The notes: a model not told the origin generated them from the letters alone. DNA of 64,000 nucleotides from Leptolyngbyaceae cyanobacterium (GCA_965263355.1 CBDHHL010000056.1:352001-416000), one strand, 5' to 3'. Numbered from the stretch's first letter, positions 12,141-22,195 are shown. Program-made: numbers and translations.

Positions 12141-12458
12141 GAAGACCGTTAGAATATTCCTTTAAATTACTTTTTTCACCTTACAAATCTTCCGTGTTTT
12201 CCCTTAAATTGCTTTCATAGCGAGTTAGTTCATTTAGATACCTTTTGACTTGCAGGTTAGTTGCATTAGGGCCTGTAGTCGATAGGAGCAATAGAGAGAT
12301 TGTCATCGTCACTGAGCAAAGGTTTTTGGAAGAGCTTTTGCTTGACGATTGTCTTTTTTGTTTTTTGCCCCCTTGTTCAAAAAACTTTCTGTTTGCGTTC
12401 CAAAAGCTGTATTGATATTGCTATCAGTACGATTTACAGGATCATAGGAGATAAGAGT

Positions 12459-12842
12459 ATGAAAGCTATTGCCATTGTTGGAAGCACTAATCAGTCTCAG
12501 CCATTGCTGGCTGATTTGTTGCACTGGCATGGGCTGTCCATTTTTCAGGTAGACAGCAACGACGCTTTATTACCCTTGCTCAGCTTTATTTCTCCTGAGT
12601 TAATTATTATTGAGTCTTCTGGCAAAATCTCTGCTGAAGCGATATGCGATCGCATCAGGCACAGTTCTGTCCTGGGTCATCTTCCTATCATTATCTGTAC
12701 AAGCTGGAGAAGTAATGACGGTAATGCCGATGCCTACATTTATGAGCCCTACACGGCGGAAGAGATATTTGCAAACATTCAAGCCCTGCGGCCTTTGGAC
12801 AATCAACTATCGAACAGTATAGTCGCCCAAATCGACTTCTAG
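12459..12842 (+). CDS. Atypical single-domain (pseudo-)receiver protein
   Basis: CheY-like pattern (PELIII, LPIIICT, ADAYI.P) with the catalytic residues substituted; AGGAG at 12446-12450 precedes ATG 12459. Confidence 0.7.
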   Translation: MKAIAIVGSTNQSQPLLADLLHWHGLSIFQVDSNDALLPLLSFISPELIIIESSGKISAEAICDRIRHSSVLGHLPIIICTSWRSNDGNADAYIYEPYTAEEIFANIQALRPLDNQLSNSIVAQIDF

Positions 12843-12909
12843 ACCACGTCCAAATTGAAACCTGTCGGTTTTTCATCGGAAAAACGACTGTTCTGGGCGT
12901 GGACGTGGC

Positions 12910-14232
12910 TTAGGTATCCAAGTCCAAGCGACCGCCAAAATACTGCCTGTACAGATTACAGCTAGCAGTTGCTGTGTTGCCTAGCAAAGTCACTAGTCCC
13001 ATACTTTCTAAGCGGTAAGCAGTCATCGGCTCAAGTTCCGTAGCCGTTTCATGCTCAATCACCTGATAAAATGTTCGGGCTAAATTAGGTTCCGATTCAA
13101 AGATAGCCAGGTAGCTACGCAGATGATCGCTGTAAATTCCACTTTGTTGAGGGGCTTCATCAATCAACTGCTGCAGATCCATTTTGTGCACACTCAGGTT
13201 GTAAAGGGCCAAATGGATCAAGTAGGGGTGACCTTCTACCAGCGTGTGGAGTGAAATCAAACCGTCGTCCCAGGCCACATTATACCGCTGAGCCAACTGC
13301 TGGGTTTGGGCCAGCGTAAAGGCCGGTAAGCGCAAAGGTAACCCAACATTGAACGGTGATTGATGTATCTGCAATGGAATATATGCTTCCGTTGCATAGG
13401 CCACCAGCAACCGTAAATATCCCCATTCTGCCAGGTTTTTAGCTTCTTCATGCCATACTCGCAACATCGGTAAAAATTCCTGGGCCATGGCGGGGTGTTC
13501 AAAGACCGCCTGGAGATCATCAATTACCAGTAGCAACGGCTGTTGTAACGGATTGAGTACACTGCTTTGCATGTAGTTTGTGCAGCTCACCTTGCTACCT
13601 AAATCCTGATTCCAAACATCGTCTAGTTGGGCCGTCAGCTTTAGCTGCTGGGCAATGTTGGCACAAAACCAACGCAAAAATTTATCAAATTTGGCCAATA
13701 CCCCACCATCTGCTTGCCGAAAGTTAAGCCGTACAACCTTAAAATTAAGTGTTTGAGCCTGGGCAACTAACCGATTAACTAGGGACGTTTTACCCCAACG
13801 TTCCGGGGCACGAATCCTTAGCAAAGCCCCTGGTTTTAACAATTCACCCATGGCCTGGTTTTCCACCGGAGGCCGCTCGATGTAAAGGGGAGACCCTAAG
13901 GGAAGAGGGCTACCTGGAAATGTGGTATCGGATTGGTCCATCCCAGGCCACCATGAACCTGGCGCACTGGGCTGATGAAGCTGGTAAGCTTGCTGCCGTA
14001 AGACGGCATGAATATTTTTTTTCGTCACTCGCTCTCCCAAAACTTGGGATATCTTTTGCCAAAGACGGGAGCCCGTAACGCGAACATAGTCAGCATCGTA
14101 GCCCTCAGTAGCTGCGATTTGCGCGTAGGTTGAACCTTGCCAGCATCGCCTAAAAACGACCTCTTGAATAGCCGTTAACCGATACGGTGAAAGGAGTTTA
14201 TCAACTAGCGTGATGGCATCTTCAGGAGACAT
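12910..14232 (-). CDS. AAA-like (AAA_35) ATPase with N-terminal winged-HTH-like domain
   Basis: N-term CWQGSTYAQIA...LWQKISQVLGERVTKKN; SPLYIERPP; Walker A APERWGKTS; QSPFNVG; GHPYL. Confidence 0.88.
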   Translation of the reverse strand: MSPEDAITLVDKLLSPYRLTAIQEVVFRRCWQGSTYAQIAATEGYDADYVRVTGSRLWQKISQVLGERVTKKNIHAVLRQQAYQLHQPSAPGSWWPGMDQSDTTFPGSPLPLGSPLYIERPPVENQAMGELLKPGALLRIRAPERWGKTSLVNRLVAQAQTLNFKVVRLNFRQADGGVLAKFDKFLRWFCANIAQQLKLTAQLDDVWNQDLGSKVSCTNYMQSSVLNPLQQPLLLVIDDLQAVFEHPAMAQEFLPMLRVWHEEAKNLAEWGYLRLLVAYATEAYIPLQIHQSPFNVGLPLRLPAFTLAQTQQLAQRYNVAWDDGLISLHTLVEGHPYLIHLALYNLSVHKMDLQQLIDEAPQQSGIYSDHLRSYLAIFESEPNLARTFYQVIEHETATELEPMTAYRLESMGLVTLLGNTATASCNLYRQYFGGRLDLDT

Positions 14233-14467
14233 AGGCCACCATCATCAATTAGGTGTATTCAAAATCACTGTCAGTAGACGTTTCTCCTCTTAACCGCTAG
14301 ACCTAAGGAAGCCATTAATATATCAGGCCAATTGCGTTCTATTTTGTAATCTAATGTTTAGTTTTAATACAGTGCTTTATCTAAACGCATACTGGGCAAG
14401 CATCAGCGGCCTATTTCCTAGCCATAGGTCTAAGTTTATCTGCAAAACCTATCGTAATATTCAGACC

Positions 14468-14576
14468 CTAGTGCTCTGTCAAGACTAAAAATTAGGGTAG
14501 GCGATCTCTGAAAGTCTTACACAGGAGCATTTTCAAAAGGGGTTTACCCTAAAATTAAGCTTTGACGCTGCACTAG
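14468..14576. mobile_element. Short MITE-like element bounded by CTAG, with imperfect terminal inverted repeats
   Basis: ctagtgctctgtcaag...ttagggta at the left end and taccctaa...tttgacgctgcactag at the right end. Confidence 0.65.
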
Positions 14577-14734
14577 TAGTCTGTCAAGCCTAAGGTCTAG
14601 GATGAGGCTAGTAAGGAATGAAGAATCAACGGGGTGACGCGTGACGCTTTACCCTATAGCCCTGGGGGCATGGCTGACGCTAGTACGCTGCATCAATACA
14701 GCATCCTAATTTTTTAGCGTTGACGCAGTACTAG
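14573..14734. mobile_element. MITE-like dispersed repeat, copy 1 (about 162 bp)
   Basis: Ends ctagtagtctgtcaagcctaa...aggatg and catcctaattttttagcgttgacgcagtactag; homologous to 60604..60765. Confidence 0.75.
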
Positions 14735-14786
14735 CCTAGTACGGACGACTACTAGGAGGGTGACAAGCTGAATCATCAGCCCAAGA

Positions 14787-16829
14787 ATGGGGAAATCTGA
14801 TAGTGGGCTGAATTTGTTTGATAACGAAAAATTGCAGTCCGAACGATACCATTCTGTAGGGATGCAACATCTTTTAATTATCGAAGATGACAACGGCAAA
14901 CGCGCCGTGAGTTTAACGGCTGATTCTAGTTCCATCGGTCGTGATTCTAGCAACTCAATTGTTTTACATTCGAAAGAAGTCTCACGCCAACATGCAATTT
15001 TGTTAAGGGTTACCCACCCTGGTTCAGAAGACTATGGGTTTCGCATCGTTGATGGCAATTTGCAAGGCAAACCTAGCACAAATGGTTTGTTTATCAATGG
15101 TCAACGCAGTAGTTACCGTAATCTGCGCCACGGTGATGAAATTATCTTTGGTGGAAATATCAAGGCACGCTATCACACAGCTATTGAGGATGAGAATATC
15201 CAATGGCTACTGTCGGGTGGCAAGGACGCTGAAAAATATATGGCTACCTTAATTGAAGCTCCTGTAGATCCGTCTGTTATACCCAATTTGGACAAACTTG
15301 AAGATGCTGCAATAGCTCGACTTGCCTCTTTTCCTGAACTTTTTTCCCATCCAATTATTGAGATATCTCTCACAGGTGAATTAACGTATCTCAATCCTGC
15401 AGCAGTCAACCAGTTTCCCAACATTAACTTAGCTAAATTAGCTCATCCTATCCTGACTGGAGTTATTGATACGGTTCAGGCACAGGAAAAAAAACGATTT
15501 GTTCGCAACATTACGGTAGACAATCAAATTTTTGAGCAAGCATTTCACTATATCCCCCAAAGTGACTTGATCCGTTGTTATTTAGTAGATATTACCGATC
15601 GAAAACGAGTCGAATCAGAACTTCAGGCTCTCCACGATGATCTAGAAGCTCAGGTAAAAGAACGAACCAGTCAAGTCCTAGCCACAACAGAACAATTAAA
15701 ACAAGAACAAATAGCTCTTCAGTCCAGCTATGCCACCAACCGAGCTTTGCTCAATGCCATTCCAGATCCCCTATTTCGTATTAGTAGTACTGGAGAATTT
15801 GTCAACTTTAGTGAACCCAAACAACATACGTTGCCATTTTCCCCTGCCAGCTGTCTTCATCAACAGTTGGCTGATATACTGCCAGTCTCTATAGCAGTAG
15901 AAATGCAGCAATGTATTGATCGAGCTCTGACAACAGCAGAAATTGAGGTACTCGAATTTCTGCTCTCCGTCGACCATGGAATTCGCCATTTTGAAGCCCG
16001 AATCGTTAAAAGTTCTGCTCAGGAAGTAATGGTCATTATTCGCGATATCACCAAACGGAAACAAAGCGAGGCTGAGATCCGTAACACCCTTGAACGGGAA
16101 CGAGAACTAAATGATATGAAAACTCGATTTGTATCGATGACATCCCACGAATTTCGTACACCACTCACGACAATACTCTCATCAGCAGAATTACTAGAAT
16201 ACTATAGTGAGAGATGGGATAAAACTAAGCAGCATCAGTATTTGCACAAAATTCAAACAGCCGCTACTCATATGACAGAACTGCTCAATGACGTACTGTT
16301 AATCAATAAAGTAGAAGCTGGTCGGGTTGAATTTAATCCGCAGCCACTAGTACTCAATGAGTTTTGCCAGGAGATTATTGAAGAGTTACAAATTACGACC
16401 ACCCAGCATAACTTAGAGCTGAGATCGCAACTCCCCAATATCCATCATCAAATTGACCGTAAGCTCATGCGCCATATTTTAACTAATCTATTGTCCAATG
16501 CCATTAACTATTCTCCTAACGGTGGCGACATTGTAGTGGGCTTAGACTCCACAACCACCCAGTTACAACTATGGGTTCAGGATCAGGGTATTGGCATCCC
16601 TGAAGATGCTCGATCCACACTGTTTGACTCATTTGTACGTGGTCCCAATGTTGGCACCATTTCAGGCACTGGTCTAGGACTAGCCATCATCCAGAAAGCC
16701 GTAAATCTGCATCAGGGTCAAATCACCTTTGATAGTAAGGTTGGTGAAGGTACTACCTTTACCGTTACCCTGCCAATACATCTCCTTGAGAAACTAGCAT
16801 CTTTCTCGGGCAACCTAGTGAATGCCTAG
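14787..16829 (+). CDS. FHA-PAS-PAS sensor histidine kinase (cytoplasmic)
   Basis: FHA (IGRD, VSRQHA, STNG), PAS-like segments ending DIT, H-box SHEFRTPL, N-box NLLSNA, DQGIG, GTGLGL; the start may be 14862. Confidence 0.93.
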   Translation: MGKSDSGLNLFDNEKLQSERYHSVGMQHLLIIEDDNGKRAVSLTADSSSIGRDSSNSIVLHSKEVSRQHAILLRVTHPGSEDYGFRIVDGNLQGKPSTNGLFINGQRSSYRNLRHGDEIIFGGNIKARYHTAIEDENIQWLLSGGKDAEKYMATLIEAPVDPSVIPNLDKLEDAAIARLASFPELFSHPIIEISLTGELTYLNPAAVNQFPNINLAKLAHPILTGVIDTVQAQEKKRFVRNITVDNQIFEQAFHYIPQSDLIRCYLVDITDRKRVESELQALHDDLEAQVKERTSQVLATTEQLKQEQIALQSSYATNRALLNAIPDPLFRISSTGEFVNFSEPKQHTLPFSPASCLHQQLADILPVSIAVEMQQCIDRALTTAEIEVLEFLLSVDHGIRHFEARIVKSSAQEVMVIIRDITKRKQSEAEIRNTLERERELNDMKTRFVSMTSHEFRTPLTTILSSAELLEYYSERWDKTKQHQYLHKIQTAATHMTELLNDVLLINKVEAGRVEFNPQPLVLNEFCQEIIEELQITTTQHNLELRSQLPNIHHQIDRKLMRHILTNLLSNAINYSPNGGDIVVGLDSTTTQLQLWVQDQGIGIPEDARSTLFDSFVRGPNVGTISGTGLGLAIIQKAVNLHQGQITFDSKVGEGTTFTVTLPIHLLEKLASFSGNLVNA

Positions 16830-16888
16830 GGTTTTGCATCTGACTATGCATCGATCAATCTAAAATATTAGGTGTTTCGGGAAAAATC

Positions 16889-17533
16889 ATGGTTAAAATT
16901 TTAGTTATTGAGGACGAATTAGAAATTCGTTCGAACCTTCTAGAACTTCTGGAACTGGAAGGATACGATGTCATTAGTGCAGACAATGGTATGACTGGAT
17001 TACTAGGAGCCATTGAGCATGCCCCAGATTTAATCATCTGTGATGTCATGATGCCTGAACTTGATGGACATGATGTGTTGCGAGCCCTACGACAAGAATC
17101 TAAAACTGTAGGAATTCCCTTTATTTTCCTAACAGCCTTGGCCAACAAAGAAGATATTCGTAAGGGTATGGTGTTAGGTGCTGACGACTATCTAACCAAA
17201 CCCTTTACCCGTTCAGAAGTGCTTACTGCTGTTGAAAGCCGTCTACAAAAACAAGCTGCTTCACAATCTCAAATATCTATTTTTCAACAAGAGATTCAAC
17301 AATTTCATGTAGGTTTAAACAATGAGCAGACCGCTCTACTCAGAGATATGCGACAGCATCTAAAAGATGGTGCCGTTAAATTAGAAATTGTTACTAATAT
17401 TCTGAAAACATTGCCTCCTAGTGAACAACGAGAGCGCAGTATTGCCATCGTGCAGAATGTCTGCGCTACTGAGATAAAGATGTTGGCACGAGTGCCTAAT
17501 TTTGAATATTTGCTAGAAACAACAGTAGTGTAG
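16889..17533 (+). CDS. Response regulator (receiver plus short helical C-terminal tail)
   Basis: VIEDE, DLIICDVMMP, FLTA, YLTKPF all intact. Confidence 0.93.
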   Translation: MVKILVIEDELEIRSNLLELLELEGYDVISADNGMTGLLGAIEHAPDLIICDVMMPELDGHDVLRALRQESKTVGIPFIFLTALANKEDIRKGMVLGADDYLTKPFTRSEVLTAVESRLQKQAASQSQISIFQQEIQQFHVGLNNEQTALLRDMRQHLKDGAVKLEIVTNILKTLPPSEQRERSIAIVQNVCATEIKMLARVPNFEYLLETTVV

Positions 17534-17546
17534 CCCCTTAGAAAAC

Positions 17547-17580
17547 AGGTTTAGAAGGATAAGGCTACCCTTCTAAACCT
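17547..17580. terminator. Hairpin, probable bidirectional terminator
   Basis: Perfect 12-bp stem aggtttagaagg/ccttctaaacct just after the response regulator stop. Confidence 0.6.
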
Positions 17581-17597
17581 ATTCTGAGTTTCAATTG

Positions 17598-17681
17598 TTA
17601 ACTAAACTTAGAGCTTAAAACCGCTACAACGATAACCACAATTAGTAATGCACCTATCATTAATAGTACAGTTGAATACAT
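17598..17681 (-). CDS. Candidate 27-aa single-TM microprotein
   Basis: ATG..TAA encoding MYSTVLLMIGALLIVVIVVAVLSSKFS, ending just before the hairpin. Confidence 0.4.
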   Translation of the reverse strand: MYSTVLLMIGALLIVVIVVAVLSSKFS

Positions 17682-17862
17682 AGTTTAATAAGTTTTATTT
17701 TCTGTATCAGGGTATACGGTCTAAAGATATCATCATTCTGATCGACTGTCAGCCTCTTACTAGATGAATTCGCAACCTGAAAGCACTTTGGTAAATTGTG
17801 TGAACATCTTGACCTGCAAAAACATCTTAATGTGAGCTACTGGCTATCCACTATTAGCTAAT

Positions 17863-20610
17863 CTATTGTTCATGATTTTTATTTAGAGAAGCAAAGTGCT
17901 CCATCAACAATCGATGAACAAACATATATCCTCCACCAACCTTTTGTAGAAAAATACTAGTGACTGCATAGTCCAGAAATTTGCTGTAGTTCCAGGGAAT
18001 CATTCCATTCAGGGTAAGTATTACCCTTAAGAGGACATGTTTAATTAGAGCCTCGCCCCCCCCTGCAGCGAACCCAAAGGCCAGCCCTGTTGCTGCCCAG
18101 AATGAGGCTTTGGTATTGCCGAGAAGAACCCCAGGAACATAAAGGGTCACCATAGATACTAGGGCAAATAGGGTAGAATTGCGGGCCGACTGCCAAATTC
18201 CGGCATTTGGGCGACTAGTATTACCCACTCGTTTACCACTGAGACCGCGAATTAAACCAAAGGTCAACCCAAGCGTCGCACCAAAGGAGAGTCCAATGAG
18301 ACTATGATTGGCGAGACAACTACCATTGCTTAGGCAATTCCTATCGCCAAACATAAGCCCAAACCCGACCTTTAAACACCAGCCGACAAGTGGGCCTAGG
18401 GTAAGGCCTAACAGTAGATTATTGCGGGCCTGTCGCCACGACCAGCGTAGTGTTTCAGCTGGCGTAATTTGACTAACACCAAAAATACGACTACAAATCA
18501 AGCCACCCAATACGACAGCTAAGATTAGCCTATCAGGGGCAAGTACCTGAGCGCCAAGGAGAGTTGCGATCGCAAAGAAAACACACCATAACCCAGCTAC
18601 ATAGAGTCGTCTTGGGCCTGTTTCCAACCAGTCCGGCTGCATCCGCTCAATTAAAAAAACAGTCTGGGAGGTGGTTACCAATTGCTGTGCCAGGGATGTT
18701 AGCCAGCCCTTGAGTTGCATCCCACTGTAAGGAGTACTATGGACACGACGCTCCAACATCCGTTGGATATAAGCATCAAACAGCTGGTGTTGATAATCAA
18801 AATGGTCTTTAGCTCGCCCCAACTGCAAGATCTCGTCAGAAGAAACGCCCTGGTAGGTCAACACCATAATATTTAAAATTAGTGGTGAACGAGCCAGGGA
18901 CCGGAGAGACGTGGTCGAATCTTGGATCGCAGCATCTCGCTCTAAAAGAGACTTTAAGCCCGTCAGCCCCTGTTCAGGTCGATTCAAATAGGTCAAAATT
19001 TGGGCGTCGGTAAGGGGACGTAAATATAAAGCGGCCTGAAACCGAAGCTTTTTGGGCAGTACTTCATAGTCACGCCTGCGACAACAAACTACCATTTCAG
19101 GACCATAGTCTTGATGAAACTGATTCAGGGCAGCCACACAAGCTACCCGACGGTCTAGAGCCACTTCGTCCAGGCCATCCAGCAACAGCAACAGTTGTTG
19201 TTCATCCACCCAACGACGACCAATGGTCGTAGGCACCTGATATTTGCTATTGAGTTCTTTTACTAACCACTGTTCTATTGGTCCTTTTAACCATGACGAG
19301 AGATTAAAAATTACTGGCAACCGTTGGTGGTTAATCGCCGGAGCCAATCCTTGAGCCTCCGCTCGCTCTAATAATTGACGAGCCAAACTGAGTAAGGTAA
19401 TCGTTTTGCCCGCCCCTGGCTCACCCAAGATCAATAGGGTGCATCCTTCACCAATCGCGTCAAAGACATGGCTGACCTGAGCACCATTTGGGAGGGGCTG
19501 AGGCGACTGACCAGGGGTGGCATAGGTAATTTGCCAAGGGGGCGCGATCTCATCGGGGCGTTCTTCTAACCCCAGGGTTAGCAATACCTGACCATGGAGG
19601 GAACGCTCAAGTACCCCCTCAATCCAAAAGCGACGCACCTTGTTGAGCAGCGCCTGACGATTACGATAGGTTTGCTGAGAATAAGGGGCAGGGGAAGAGG
19701 GGGAGAGTGGGGAAGGGGGAAGAACCGTAGGTTGGGTTGATCCTGGTAAACCCAACTCCTTCAGCTCCGGCCAAGGCACCGTCGGCAACACCGTCGACCC
19801 AAAAACCTCCGTCGATTCATCCATGCCACCAAATAATTGCCGAAATACCTGAAACGCCTCACCCGCAGTGCCATAGCGCTCTCGGTGGTCCAAATGCACA
19901 AGCCGATCAATAAACCCCGCCAGCTTCTCCGGAACGCTGACCCCTACGCGAGCACAGGTAGCTGGCGTTTCAAAGCTCATCGGGTGACGACCTGACAAAG
20001 CCTGGAGCATCACCATGCCCAAACTATACAAATCACTGCCAAAACAAGGACGAGCAACCTGCTGTTCAGGGGCCATATAGCCCAAGGAACCAATGGCCAC
20101 AGTTAGATCCTGACTGGGCGAGGCCTGCAGAGCTTTTACCGCACCAAAATCGATTAATACTAACTGGCCCGATCCCTGCCGCCGCAAAATATTGCTAGGT
20201 TTAATATCCCGATGGATCACATTTTGGTTATGGACAGCAGTCAATACCGTCAGTAGATCCTGTAAACCCTCGATCACTAGCTCTACAGCCATAGGGCCAG
20301 CTGCAAATTCATCGGCCAGGGACCGCCCCGGAATATATTCCTGCACCAAATACAGCTCACCATTTGCTTCGATATGGGCCAGTAGTCTTGGTATTTGCGG
20401 ATGTTCCCCCAACCGATATAGGGTTTTAGCCTCTAAGTTAAAGAGTCGTTTAGCCGCATCAAAGGCATCCGTATGGATCGGATTGAGCTGCTTGACCACA
20501 CAAAGAGGACTGCCCGGTAATTGAGCATCATGGGCCAAGAAGACTTTACCAAAGCCACCTTGCCCTATTAGTTTTGCAATATGATAGCGATGCGCTAGGC
20601 ACTGCACCAT
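17863..20610 (-). CDS. Ser/Thr protein kinase - NACHT NTPase - multi-TM fusion
   Basis: Kinase motifs GQGGFG, VVK, HRDIKPSN, DFG, APE; NACHT GEPGAGKT and LLLLDGLDE; Gly-rich TM region; QKVGGGYMFVHRLL. Confidence 0.93.
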   Translation of the reverse strand: MVQCLAHRYHIAKLIGQGGFGKVFLAHDAQLPGSPLCVVKQLNPIHTDAFDAAKRLFNLEAKTLYRLGEHPQIPRLLAHIEANGELYLVQEYIPGRSLADEFAAGPMAVELVIEGLQDLLTVLTAVHNQNVIHRDIKPSNILRRQGSGQLVLIDFGAVKALQASPSQDLTVAIGSLGYMAPEQQVARPCFGSDLYSLGMVMLQALSGRHPMSFETPATCARVGVSVPEKLAGFIDRLVHLDHRERYGTAGEAFQVFRQLFGGMDESTEVFGSTVLPTVPWPELKELGLPGSTQPTVLPPSPLSPSSPAPYSQQTYRNRQALLNKVRRFWIEGVLERSLHGQVLLTLGLEERPDEIAPPWQITYATPGQSPQPLPNGAQVSHVFDAIGEGCTLLILGEPGAGKTITLLSLARQLLERAEAQGLAPAINHQRLPVIFNLSSWLKGPIEQWLVKELNSKYQVPTTIGRRWVDEQQLLLLLDGLDEVALDRRVACVAALNQFHQDYGPEMVVCCRRRDYEVLPKKLRFQAALYLRPLTDAQILTYLNRPEQGLTGLKSLLERDAAIQDSTTSLRSLARSPLILNIMVLTYQGVSSDEILQLGRAKDHFDYQHQLFDAYIQRMLERRVHSTPYSGMQLKGWLTSLAQQLVTTSQTVFLIERMQPDWLETGPRRLYVAGLWCVFFAIATLLGAQVLAPDRLILAVVLGGLICSRIFGVSQITPAETLRWSWRQARNNLLLGLTLGPLVGWCLKVGFGLMFGDRNCLSNGSCLANHSLIGLSFGATLGLTFGLIRGLSGKRVGNTSRPNAGIWQSARNSTLFALVSMVTLYVPGVLLGNTKASFWAATGLAFGFAAGGGEALIKHVLLRVILTLNGMIPWNYSKFLDYAVTSIFLQKVGGGYMFVHRLLMEHFASLNKNHEQ

Positions 20611-20654
20611 GACAATACTCGAGTTGCTGCCCCGCTGGTTGCTAACCTTCTTAT

Positions 20655-21599
20655 CTATACCCCACGTAGGGACTCATAATGCAACTGGAACCAAGCATAG
20701 GTTTTAGCAATACCCTCTTTAAGGGAGGTTTTGGCTTGCCAACCAAGTTCGGTTAACTTGGAGGGATCCATCAGCTTACGGGGGGTCCCGTCGGGCTTAC
20801 TACTATCAAAGACAATTTCACCGTCATAACCAACCACCGCTTTAATGGTTAGGGCCAGTTCCTTGATAGAGACCTCTTTGCTGCTGCCGATGTTGACAAA
20901 CTCTACGCCCTTATAGTTATCCATCAGAAATAGCAAGCCATCGGCCAGGTCATCCACGTAGAGAAACTCTCGCAAAGGACTACCGCTACCCCACACGTCT
21001 ACCGTCAGTTGATTAGCTAGCTTTGCCTCGTGAAACTTGCGCATCAGAGCAGGCAGCACGTGAGAATTGGCCAAGTCAAAATTATCGTTTATGCCATATA
21101 GATTAGTCGGCATGGCAGAGATAAAGTTGACACCATACTGGCGACAATAGTTTTCGCATAGCTTGAGACCGGCAATTTTTGCGATCGCATAAGGCTCATT
21201 GGTGGGTTCTAGGGCACCGGTCAGCAAATGCTCTTCTCGCATAGGTTGCGGAGCCAGCTTAGGATAAATACAGGATGACCCCAGAAACAATAGCTTTTTA
21301 ACACCCACCCTATAGGCACTGTGGATGACATTAGCCTCAATCATCAGGTTGTCATAGATAAAAGAAGCACGATAGGTATTATTAGCATGAATACCACCGA
21401 CTTTGGCTGCAGCCAGGAAAACATAGTCAGGTTTAGTCGCTTCAAAAAAAGCTTCAACATCAGCCTGACGGCAAAGATCAAGTTCCTTGCTACTTTTAAG
21501 CATTAAATTTGTATAGCCCCGGTCTTTAAGGGCCCGAACAATCGCACTGCCAACAAGGCCATTATGGCCAGCGACATAGATCTTGGCATTAGTTTCCAT
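20655..21599 (-). CDS. fcl: GDP-L-fucose synthase
   Basis: [50 protein letters not shown]. Confidence 0.96.
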   Translation of the reverse strand: METNAKIYVAGHNGLVGSAIVRALKDRGYTNLMLKSSKELDLCRQADVEAFFEATKPDYVFLAAAKVGGIHANNTYRASFIYDNLMIEANVIHSAYRVGVKKLLFLGSSCIYPKLAPQPMREEHLLTGALEPTNEPYAIAKIAGLKLCENYCRQYGVNFISAMPTNLYGINDNFDLANSHVLPALMRKFHEAKLANQLTVDVWGSGSPLREFLYVDDLADGLLFLMDNYKGVEFVNIGSSKEVSIKELALTIKAVVGYDGEIVFDSSKPDGTPRKLMDPSKLTELGWQAKTSLKEGIAKTYAWFQLHYESLRGV

Positions 21600-22145
21600 A
21601 ATGGTAATACGTACAAAAAATAAATATGATTACCTATAATCTTAAGTCTACCCTCAGCTAACGAAACCGCTTTCTCTCAAACTAAGAAAAAGCATCCAAC
21701 TAGCTTTATTCAAGCTTCACTCTCAAAGAGGAACTTCAGAACACTTTTTGAGAAAGACTAAATCCCTACCTAACTAGACTCAACCTCTAGAAGCAGTCAT
21801 TTTTATACCCTAGCCTTCATTTTTGATTACTGAGAGGCCCAGGTAGAAATAATACTTTCACCTACCTATACCAAATCCTAATGCCCTGAACTCGATTCAA
21901 AATAGATAATCTCGTAGACGCTACACCTTGTGCATTAGCTTGAGCAGTTCGGCTGAACTCACCATCGAAGCCCTACACCGAAGGCCAGTCTCAGGATACC
22001 GTGGGTTAGCAGACAGGGGTCCGTATTAGGTAATAATTGCTGCAACTAACGGAAATTAGCTACAACAACTTGGCTAATTTCCATTAGTTCTGTTGTCATC
22101 CAAAAATTAATTGCTTTGCGATACCTGCTCGTAGCAGAACAACAT

Positions 22146-22195
22146 TGAAAAAGCCCGCTTAATCTCGTAAATTCACAAGATCAAGTGGGCTTTCA
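22146..22195 (-). terminator. Hairpin downstream of ahcY (second hairpin at 22044..22089)
   Basis: gaaaaagcccgcttaatct / agatcaagtgggctttc; on the minus strand the 3' arm ends in a U-tract. Confidence 0.55.
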
